DNA of 64,000 bases, taken from assembly GCA_964057225.1 (NCBI GenBank), contig OZ059895.1, positions 16,244,001 through 16,308,000 on the forward strand, in the 5' to 3' direction. Under the pieces are notes generated by a model that was not told where the DNA came from, made no database searches, and was given only the letters and a program-made list of their open reading frames with translations. Made by a program: the position numbers and the translations under genes. Source of the DNA: Auanema rhodensis (lineage: Eukaryota > Animalia > Nematoda). Each line of letters starts with the position of its first letter. Within the stretch, counting starts at the first letter, position 1. This document shows positions 53,177 through 64,000 of the stretch, in pieces.

Positions 53177-55068
53177 AGGGACTCTGTTTGCCTTTTCTTG
53201 GACATACTACCTATGGACAGTATCTTCATCGCTGTTTAACCATATGAAAAATATCACAAAACATCGTTCAAACATTCATTTCTTCACAAATTTCTATTTA
53301 AAGAATGTTCAAATATCAACAAAAACATATTTTTTATCTCTTTTAACAGAATACGGGAGGGAGATCCAAAACATGAAGAGCGAGAGCGAGATACAACGAG
53401 GGAATAGCCTGTGAATCATCTATTACCGTATATCCATTACCTCATCCCTCTCCTCCTCCTCCATCATGTTCCAAGTTTCTCTGAAAGTTTGAATGAGTTC
53501 ATTTGGAACTTTTTTTATGAGAAAAAACTTATTTGAAAGAACATAAATGCTATCATACATTAGAAAATATAACAACTAGTTCACTAACTGTATGGACATG
53601 ACAATGGAACAGGAACATCTGTAATCCTTTAGCACCTTTTAGACCAAAATTGGTAATGATTTGTGGTTAAGCTGTCAATGAATGGAACTATGCCATTAAC
53701 AAATTATACGTTCTGTTAAATCACCTGAGGGATAGAGAGGGATAGAGAGAGGGAAAAGGAGAGAAAGAGAGAGATTATGAGGTAAAAGAACCAGTTTTTC
53801 TCTCTTTTACATGATCTTTCTCTCCATTATAGTTGCATGTATCTCTCCTTCCCTTCGTCTCTTGATCTTTCAATTTCTTTTGAAAATGCGTTTGAACATT
53901 TCTTCCAATTGCTATAATCTGGTAGAAGAAATGAAGAAAACGAACAAACTTATGTTCAATGTTAATAGAATTACATCAACAGCATGACGACAAGGACAAC
54001 AAACATGGTCGTCGATGCCGTTTATAAAGAGAAGAAAGCCAAATATTCGATGAAAAAAATGAGAAAAATAGATAAATTGTATGAGAACGGTATACGAAAC
54101 AGAGTTTAAAGGGAATTGGAAAACATGAGAGAGAGAGGGAGAGAGAGAACACAGACAAGTAGAATACAAAGAAGTAGAGCAAGGGAATAATCACTAGAAA
54201 GGAGGGAAAATGAACAAGAACCTTCCAAAAGAGAAAATATCCCTAAGCTCATTTCATGAGAGGGAGATGGGGTTATTGCAACGAATCACAACTAGAAAGA
54301 ACTTATCAAAAACTTAAGTTTTCCATTTTCAGAGTAACTATGTGCGATTTTGAAGTTCGTGTTCTTGGTGCTAAGCATAACCATGTTGTACAGTGTGTAC
54401 TCATGATTAACATGTTCAACGAGAAGGTTTGTTGTGAAGATAAGGTTGCAACATGCATAAACCTTGTTGTCATTGTAGGTTTATCTCTTCTTATGGTTCT
54501 GGCTACTCGGTGTTGCTATCTATACTACATTCAATCTTCTTTATTGGATTTCTCAACTTTTGAGCGAAGATAAGCGTCGTAATTACATTGCCACCTACTT
54601 GAAGGTCTTCCGTTTGGTTGAGGATGACGACAGATCTAGTACGTGTAAGCTTCCATCCAATTTCCACGCTTTAAAGCGCTTTATATCTCAAATTCTTGTC
54701 CTTAATCCATAGAATATGGAAATAATTTAATTGATAATCTGAATTATTTTTAAAAATTTCAGGCGAGAGAACCTTGAACAAGTTCGTATCCCATGGCCTT
54801 AGATGTGATGGAGTTTTCTTGACTCATCTTATCTCCAAGAATGCTGGTGATATCATCACCACTGATCTTGTAGCCACACTTTGGGGACGTTTCTTAGAAG
54901 ATGAGAAAGCTGTAAGTTTTCAATTATTTTTTTTTCTTTTTCAGAAAAACTGAGAATTAATTCAAAGATCTATCTAAATGATTTAATTTGCAGAATAACC
55001 GTGAAACTCCACAAGCTCCAGCTTTAGATGATGTGGACGGCTTCCGTGAAAAGATGCCACTAACATAA
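45327..55068 (+). CDS. inx-13: Innexin, INX-13 type, with long introns (45456-50078 and 50237-52141)
   Basis: [11 protein letters not shown]...[12 protein letters not shown]...[48 protein letters not shown] and [12 protein letters not shown]. Confidence 0.92.
48087..48150. repeat. (CT)n microsatellite in an inx-13 intron
   Basis: Directly visible. Similar tracts lie near 49824-49884, 51717-51752 and 53120-53170. Confidence 0.95.
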
Positions 55069-55325
55069 ATTTTCAAGAGAAAAAACCAAAAAAAGCGTTT
55101 TTAATCGTTTTTTTTCTTTTTTTTTATTTTGTCTAGCCTCAGGCGACTAGTTTCTGTCGTTGAAAATATATTATTATAAGTAGATATACGATGCCTTAAT
55201 GCCAAATACGTCATAAGTTTGAGGAAATCTTCCGATTCCAAAAATTTTCTTTCCAAATGCTTCATTCCTAAACGTTTTTTTTTTGTTTTTTTTTTGCTTT
55301 CATTCTCCCTCTCAACGTTCCTCGA

Positions 55326-55371
<46 letters not shown>

Positions 55372-56323
55372 CCCTCGCTCCTCTCTCTTACATCTCTTCG
55401 AAATAGGTTGCGCTACTTGATTATTAAATAGATAGCTATTAAACTATTTCATATAGTTTATAATAATTGATTCTTATGAAATAATCTAATCATTCTTATC
55501 ATATCCATCCTATTTACCTTCAAAAACTGATTTACATCATCATATTCCCTCTCATATTCTCTCTTTCTATCTCTCTCTTTCTTACTCAGAAGACAAGATA
55601 ACGAAGAAACTTGACGAGACGAAGAAGAAAAAGCTCCTTAGATCCATTACAATTCAGAATTTATATTATATAATTTCTTTTATCAGATTTTTATCGGAAA
55701 TCGGTCTGTGAGAGAAAGATTTTCTTGTCTGTGTTATTTAGGCTGAAATTGTGATTCTTTTCTGAACCATGTGCTTATTATATATAAACATATTTTCAAA
55801 TTATTCGTCTTTTTTTCAAGTTCCTACACACATATGTCATTATTCTCATCTTATTGCTTAGACATCATTAGTTATACGTAGTCTTAAACTAGCTAGTTAT
55901 AGCTAACTATCAATGATGAAGCAAGCTTCTAGCCTAAATAGGTTGGAAGTTACAACCTAAGCTGTCAATGCTGAAGACAACACACATACATGCATACAAA
56001 CAGAGAACAAAGTTTTGTTTTATTGAGCACTTAAGCACTAAGAGCTGACTCTGATGCCGTTATCCTCCACCACATCATCATCGTCATCATCATCATCATC
56101 ATCAGCATCAGCCGTCATAGTCTGGCTCAAACATTCATCAATACATTCAACTATATCTAGTTTTATTATAATTTTAAAATAATTAGATAATAAATAGATA
56201 CATTACTACATAGTCAATTAAATTAATTTTAAGAATAGATTTTAATGAATATATATGGTACTATAGATAAATTAATTATTAAATATTTTTCAAAGTTTAT
56301 GATGACGAATGCAAGAAAATTCA

Positions 56324-56354
<31 letters not shown>

Positions 56355-56408
56355 CGTTGCTGCTGCTACTGCTGCTACTGCTGCTGCTGCTGCTGCTGCT
56401 GCTGTTAC
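56324..56408. repeat. Compound trinucleotide repeat (TCG)n-(TGC)n
   Basis: Directly visible. A (TCG)n tract also occurs near 31737-31768 and a (GAC)n tract near 63905-63930. Confidence 0.9.
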
Positions 56409-56670
56409 TATTGCCGTTTCTCTCGTAGTCGACGAGCGAGTCAGAGTCAATCGGTGTGTCGGTCAGTAACACAAATATTAAAAATGAATATGCATGTATG
56501 TGCTCATATAAGGCAAACAAAATCATTTTTTCTTCAACATAATTATCTTATTTTCTTTGTTTTTAACTATAAATAAAATAATATTTAAATATACGTCATC
56601 ATACTATACTATATACTATTCGTAGTAAAAGTTCAACGCTAGTATGTGCTGGCAAAAGACAGAAAAGTAA

Positions 56671-56701
<31 letters not shown>

Positions 56702-57572
56702 AGGTGGAGAAGTTACTAAAAGAAATTATTTCTATTGATAATCGTATATTTAAGATATTCATTACTCAGAATAACTAATATTCATATATATAATTTCATT
56801 GAAAGATTTATTATTATCGTATATGTTTACTTTGCATTGATATTCATTTCAGGATTTTATGTTTTCTTTATTATATTATAAATATTATATTTAAGCATTT
56901 ATAATCTTAATCAGATTATAAAGTATGTTGTAATCATCATTCTCTCATGTTTAAACCAAAAAGCAAAAGAAAATGCCGCCAAATCAATCATGAATATGCA
57001 TAATTTCATTTTGTTTTGATTGCGCACGTAGAGCGGTTGTTTGAATTCAGGAATTATCCACAAAACTTTCTAATTCTAATGCTATTCAAAGAAAATACAA
57101 TTGCGTCATGATTATAGTAGTTTTTGCTTATCATTTCAATGAACTACACTGGCACAAGCTTGGACACACATTGAAACACACCAAAAGTTGTCTCAGTTAC
57201 AACATCTATGTGACCATACCCGTTTATTTCTTCCTCTTTGAACGAACTATGTCCTAACGTTCGCTTATTTTCTTTTTTATTTCTCAAAAACATATTTCAA
57301 ATTCATGTGTATTTCTGGAATTAGAAATCATTAGCCGAATATCGAGAACATTACTTCAGCTTTGAAAAGTTTTATTGCATTTCTCTTGTTCTTGGCACAT
57401 TATCGTCATTATCATCATCATCATTTGATAATCAAAATAATAAAATCACATGGAATTAAATGAATTAGAAAATTATTTCGAAAGTGAAAATCATCTCTAT
57501 TTCCTTAATTAGTATATTAACCTATCATTAATTTCTATATAAATGTGAATGAGAAAGTCATTCTTTTTATTT

Positions 57573-58805
57573 TCAGCCGGGTCCAGCACGCTTTTTCCAT
57601 TTCATCTTTCTTAGCATTTTCCGCTTTTGCTCAGCACTAACTTTGCCACGTACAAATGCTTTCTTTCGCATATTAATCCGAACAAAGTTATCATCAGTCT
57701 TCTTCCTCATTCCTGGCTTTCTATATCTGAAAGATATTCTAATTTCATAGAAATAACTTAATATATTTCATACTTTGCTTTGGCCACTGCTTCTGGCACT
57801 TCTTCATCCTGGAAAGGATCTGTTATTTCCTCTGGTTGCTTTTTCTCCGGTGTTGGCATCAACATTTGGTCAACATTCTAGAAAACAAATTCCATATGTT
57901 AGCAACTTTATTTCTTACTTTAATTATAATTTCTCGTTGAATAGGTTTACGTGGTGATTTCAAACTTCGACCCGGACTTCTAGGTGGCGTTTTTGTCGCC
58001 GACTTAGACGTCACAAGAGATGATAACGGAGAAGCAGCCCCTTAATGTTTTCAAAATTAAAGAAAATTTTTACGATAATTTCAAACCTTTTTCTGGAGTG
58101 TCGAACAATGATCGAAATGGTGAAGCAGTATTATGCTGAAATTTATATTATTTTTTTTGTTCCACTGAATATGAAAAATTTACTGTTAGTAATCTCTTTA
58201 ATGGTGATCTTGGAGGCTGTATACGAGATGGTGACTTATGTGACGGAATTGTTCTAATTGATTTAAGTGGTGAGAAAGAAACCTAAAAGTAATTTTAAAT
58301 ATAAAATATTTAAAAATATAATCTTACATTCTTCAATGGAGACGGTATTGATACTGTTTTGTTAGTGAGTAATGTTGGTTGTTTTAGTATTGGATGAATC
58401 ATTGGTAAAGAAGGAATCTGAATATGGTTCATTCATTTTAAGTTTTAAGTTAAGACAAACATTCTCTTCAATTTCTAAAGGTTTCGGAACTCTTTTAACA
58501 GGACGTTTTACAGGGCTCCATTCTTCGGGAGCTCTTCGTTTGATGCTTACGCCAATCCTGATTAATTTCCATTTTTCATATTTTCTTAAAATATAACTTA
58601 CGGTTTCTTAGAAACTTGTTTTACTTTCTTTGTGGGAGATTTCGGACAACTTGCATAATATTCGTCTAAATGGTATCTGTTTAAAACTTAATTAATAGGT
58701 TATCTTACTTTTAACTGTATCAGGTGCAAACCCAAAATCTTTTTTCGTTGGAGTTTTTCCATGAACTTCTTTAAATGCTGCACTCCATGATGTTACAGCT
58801 GACAT
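57573..58805 (-). CDS. sld-2: DNA replication initiation factor SLD-2 (Sld2/RecQ4 N-terminal homologue, no helicase domain)
   Basis: N-terminal WSAAFKEVHGKTPTKKDFGFAP, many S/T-P-x-K/R CDK sites (SPTK, SPVK, SPLK three times, TPEK, SPGR) and C-terminal NFVRINMRKKAFVRG. Confidence 0.85.
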
Positions 58806-60366
58806 ACTTCATATACAATAAAAATTAAATTCTTTATTTAACATATAAGCTAAAAAAGATAATATTTATTTAAGAAATTTTCAAATACATTATTTTGGCG
58901 CCTTTCGTTTAGGGCGCAGTTCATGCATGAAAGTCAAATCTTGATTGGTATGATTACTTGAAGATTAATTGAACTAAGTGCTAATATTCTCTATATTGTG
59001 TTTATTCTGAAATTTGTTTAATTACAAGTTTAATGTTATAACTTGAGTAATTTACCATTAAGTCAATTCCAAACAATTATTTTTTTACGAATTTTTTGCC
59101 GAATTTCGGGAATGCTTATGAAAATCCATAATTTTTGAAGAAAATTAGCATTTGTTTGGTCTTTTTCATAAAATATAGGTTGATTTATTCAATTTTTCTA
59201 AACGATTTATACAGCTTATTCCCAGCAAGTGTTATGTTCTTCAGATTATTTATAGGTTGTGCTTTTGATAAGCTAAAAGATGTTATAAAATAGAAATTCG
59301 CTTCATAAGGACTAATGCAAGAAGTATTTCCTTGTTGTGTTCTTACAATTCAAATAATCTATACACATCATGTTCAGAACATCTACGAAGATCTGGTTAG
59401 CTATGCTATTTCTTGAAATATTACCAAACTGAGTGATTGATTTTTGAATTGATCGTTTTTCTAATTTCATTTTGGTTTTTCGAAAAAAAAAAACAGAAAA
59501 CCTATTGGCATGATATACATAGATTCGTTCACTCAGATGTAGTTTCTGCAACAACTGTGCCAATTGCTTAGCCTTATATGTATGAATGTGTGTATGTATG
59601 TATGTATGGCTCAGAGAATGTTCGAATTCATTGAACAAAGTTGAAAAAAAAAGTTTTTTTTGCAAAGTTTGTCAGAAATAAAATTAGAGAACAACTAGAG
59701 ATGTGCTGCATGAAGTATATGTATGTATGTATGTATGTGTGTGTGTGTGTGTATGTGTGGTTATATGTGAACGAGAAGACATTTATATTGTATTCTATTG
59801 ATTATTGATCACTCAGCTGTTGAGTTCAGTAACCGTATGAGAGGAAAACCGATCATAACTGAATTATCTGGCTGTTTACTGTCAACTGATCTGCAGTTTT
59901 GCATGGTATCATCTATAGAAATTATCAGAAAATTGATAGTTTTTAGTCTTGAATCATTGATATATCATTTCACCTGACAAGCTATTGCATTGTTGTTTTT
60001 AAGCTTCTGTGCTTCACTTAACTCTTATTCTTTCAATCACTATGTATCATGTACTTTCTATTCTATTTTTCTTTTAAATGGAAACTGTTGGAAATCTCCT
60101 ATACACCAGCTAACTAGTTGATCATTTCAAATACATAGATAAATTCTTTCTTTTTCCATTTTTATTTCATTTTATTTATTTTTTTATATTTGAAATATTT
60201 GATGAATCCTCTCACTTTTCCCCCTAGCTTTGTGGCAAAAGTTAATCTTGTACTTTTTCTCCGTACATCAGACAGGTCAGACGGGGATATGTTTAGAGAT
60301 GTATACTATATAGATATGAGATATTTTAGTGAAAAATGAAGAAAAAGTGTGAGTTTATTCAGGTAT

Positions 60367-60380
60367 TCTCTCTCTCTCTA

Positions 60381-60423
<43 letters not shown>

Positions 60424-60632
60424 AGAAAGTGTCCAAAACAAATTTTGCAACCAGAGAAAATTAACAATCAAATAAAAATAAAAAAGAAAAGGATTGGTAG
60501 AGATATGAGAGAGGGGCGGGAGTGAGAGATAGAACGAATGGTATTGACGTTAACAATATGAATTTGGCTCGGGGACACGAGACAACTCATCTTATCATCA
60601 TGAAACTGCATGCTTTGAATATATTGATAATG

Positions 60633-60684
<52 letters not shown>

Positions 60685-61655
60685 TTTTCTTTGTATTCCA
60701 GTATCGTGTTTCTAATCATTTAATATATAATGTACTAGGCATGAAGATATATTCATTTATGAAAATTATCATTAACTAATAGATTATATGATTTTAATTA
60801 AATTTATATTTTATCGCTTATTTTATTTCTATGTTTGCAATCACATAAAAATATAAATATTATATTTGAAACGGGAAAAAATTTGAATTGAAATGGCATG
60901 ATGTTAAAGGAATTTTGATATGCAACCGCTCTCCTTACATTCTCAAATTCTAAAATAACACAAATTGCGTCATTACGTGTATATTCAAATTACCATACGT
61001 GACGTGAAATATATTATTTTTTATTTTGATTAAAATAAAAAATAAAAATAAATATATATATATATATATATATGAATATAATTTCTATATATGTTGTGGA
61101 ACAGTATCATCACACAAACACACACATAACCCTCAGATATAGACAGATACAGATGAATGTTCTCAGGCTATGCTACATACATATCTATGTGTATCTCTCA
61201 TTCTTTTTAACAATTAATAAAATTGAAATAACTAATAATAATCCTATTTACTATTATTATTATTATTATTATTTATTAATTGTAATAATAGTTATTGTAG
61301 TGATAGACCTATGAAATTTACTTTCCTTGCTTCTAAGCATGAAATGAGCTGCTGATGACAATGACAAGTTTGGATGAATAGAACATGGCTAAGATTTTGA
61401 AAAAAATAACTTTTTTTTTTCTCTCTCTACATATATATATATATATATATATATATAGATTATGTATATATTAGTTATATAAAATATATAAAGAATATGC
61501 TTAATGAAGGAAGTGATGATCATGCTTCAAACATGTTTTGATGTCTTTAACACATGTATCTGTGAAATATGAAATATATAGCCTTTGATAAGCATCTGAT
61601 TGCAAGCCATTTTTCCAGTAAAGCAAAGATTGTATTATCATATTCTCTCTCTTTA

Positions 61656-61706
<51 letters not shown>

Positions 61707-61983
61707 TTCTCTCTCTCTATGCATATATATCCCAATTTGTGATTTATTAAATTCAAACATATTACATCATAATCATATATCATCATCTAAACATCATCTA
61801 CATATCATGTAGCATTAGCTTTAACGCATTATCATGAAAATGTTTTTTTAATATTCTGGTCAAGTGTTTTATTATTTTTTATTTTTTCTATTTAAAAGAC
61901 AAGTATATACATATACATATATATAATATATATAGAAAACGCTTGAGCATAGCATAGCTAGCCAGTTGGCTAGCCAGAAAGAT

Positions 61984-62041
<58 letters not shown>

Positions 62042-62753
62042 AGAGAAAGATGAGAATCATATGGCTAGTTATATACGTGTGTGTGTGTGTGTATGTGTGT
62101 GTGTGCTACATCCATTCATGTACTTGCTCATTCAAATGCGATTAAAGAACATTTTTTATATATTTCCAATGGATTTTCTAATAATCTTTGAGTATTATTT
62201 TGAATTAATTACTAGTTTCTTCATATACAACATATCATTATTTCTCTATTCTCACCTTCAACAACTTTTCTTCGTTTTTTTAATAATTCATTGTCCTTTG
62301 TTCGAGAAATATTTAAGGCTAAACTAATGACTTTTTTTCCATCAGAACTGAGACCAAATATCTTTTTCTCACTTTCTCTTCTATATAAATGTATGTCTCG
62401 CATTCCTTTACTTCATCTTTTCTTTCTACAATTCTCTTCATTTTAGACTTCTCTCTCTCTTTCTCTCTCTCTCTCTTTCTCTCTTTATTTTTTTTTGATT
62501 CCAACTCAATCTTGCCTTCTTTAGATATTTTTTCCCATAATTCATTTGGTAATAAGTCATTCGCATTTTTGGCTTATTTTGGTCAAAATAGAAGTTTTGA
62601 GTTGTTGTTTTGTGACATTTGTCTCTGTCCTCTTATAGTTTGCTCACAATTCGGTAGATCATATAGGTTTGAACGTTATGAGCCTAAACAGAGAAAAATG
62701 AAGTGAAAGAGCCAGAGAGAGAGAGAGAGAGAAAAAAAAATAGTCACAGAGAG

Positions 62754-62800
<47 letters not shown>

Positions 62801-62998
62801 CAGATATATGAAGTGATTCTTGAGTTAGTGCTGTTGAGTGCAATGCTTTATTATTATTACTTGTAATAATAATATACAATATTTATGGTTTTTGAATTGA
62901 TTTTTATTATTTTTACATTAATATATATTTTATTTGAAATAAGCAATAATCACGTGTATATTCAATACAAGAGAGAGAGAGAGAGGGGGGGGGGAGAG

Positions 62999-63030
<32 letters not shown>

Positions 63031-63339
63031 TAAGAAGAGATGTAGAAGGAAAAATGAGAATGTTTGTGATGATGGGTGGGGGAACTAGCTGATAGGATAG
63101 GAGGAATTGTTGAAATCATTTTGTCGAAAAAGGTGAAACAAAATTCGGAGATTTGCCACGTTGTTGCTGGTTATGATTGGCTGACGATCCCAAATAACCA
63201 CTCATAATCTAGTTTGTCATGAAAAAAATGTTGAAAGCTTATTGACTTTTGCATTGGATCATGATAAATCGGGAAATTTAGTATTATTTTGAATTCTGTA
63301 AGAATTGACCAGAGTTGAGAAATGCAGAGAAATATATGA

Positions 63340-63399
<60 letters not shown>

Positions 63400-63600
63400 G
63401 GAATGGTGTGGATAGACTACGATTTCATTCTGCGACAAAAAACAGTTTCAAGGAAGTGTTTTGAAAAAAGATCAAAAGGATATGAAGAGAAATGGATAAA
63501 ATGGTTATAAAGTCTTAAAGAGAGAAAGAGAAAGAGAGAGAGAGAGAGAGAGGGGGGGAGAGAGAGAGAGAGTGAGATAGAGATAGAGAGAGAGAGAAAG
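60367..63600. repeat. Cluster of (GA/CT)n, (AT)n and (GT)n microsatellites in a gene-poor region
   Basis: Multiple tracts, for example near 60367-60418, 60634-60678, 61663-61698, 61987-62034, 62757-62792 and 63342-63393. Confidence 0.9.
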
Positions 63601-64000
63601 ACAGACAGAGGAAATTAAAGAGAGAGAGAATAGCAGATAAAGAGAGAATGAGAAAACAGGGAGAAAATCTAAAAAAGGATTTGTTTTCATCAGTTGTATG
63701 TCCTCTGTTTGATGCGTTGTTCATGCTTTCTTCCGCATTTTTTATCTATTCCAGCGATTTATGTTGTTCTACAACTTCCTTCATTTTCTTTTGAATTAAG
63801 AATGATTTTTGTGATATTCATTCATCCACAAGCCACTCAACAAGCGTTATTCCATGTCATGTATGTGGCAGAACTTCAGGAAAAGTCGTCAACACGTTGT
63901 CGCCGACGACGACGACGACAACGACGACGTCGTTTTCGACATGAAATAACTGTTTTTCGGAAGTTCTTAAATTATTTTTTTTCTCGTTTATCGTGTTTCG

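Noticed and set aside
58650-58712. Apparent frameshift between sld-2 exons 1 and 2
   Set aside because: Resolved by using the downstream acceptor CATTTAG, which gives VKNEYY in frame.
47000-63724. ORFs rich in ER/LS/CV dipeptides or poly-Ala/Val/Thr in the ORF track
   Set aside because: They are translations of microsatellites.
63830-63945. VIPCHVCGRTSGK resembling the start of a nuclear receptor zinc finger
   Set aside because: It lacks the HYG and second Cys pair and runs into a triplet repeat and a stop. It lies at the window edge, so it cannot be fully excluded.
1-64000. CRISPR arrays, rRNA genes, telomeric (TTAGGC)n arrays, prokaryotic operons
   Set aside because: None seen; the window is spliced eukaryotic DNA.

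Overview
AT-rich eukaryotic genomic DNA with many short (about 40-60 nt) GT-AG introns, trans-splice-like acceptors just before several ATGs, and operon-like gene spacing. This points to a rhabditid (clade V-like) nematode; the species cannot be determined. The ORF track only catches exon fragments, so genes were assembled by hand from splice sites. From left to right: CBF-beta/bro-1 (+), a short-chain dehydrogenase (-) with a CCCH zinc-finger gene nested antisense in its long intron, COG1 (-) with a 10-exon Merlin/IS1595 transposase-derived gene nested antisense in a 4.9 kb intron, TXNL1 (-), WDTC1/adipose (+), beta-1,4-GalNAc transferase bre-4 (-), CCDC124 (+), a UBL7-like UBL-UBA gene (+), PHM (-) and an Srt chemoreceptor (+). 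A decayed mobile-element cluster follows (deleted Tc1, a trypsin-fold protease pseudogene and a Maverick/Polinton packaging ATPase pseudogene) abutting tRNA-Ser(GCT). Then come innexins inx-12 and inx-13 (+), sld-2 (-) and a microsatellite-rich gene-poor tail. The two strongest leads are the apparently domesticated, catalytically degenerate Merlin transposase gene and the Maverick relic with a wosp-like protease beside it. All homology calls are from motif recognition and memory, not database searches.
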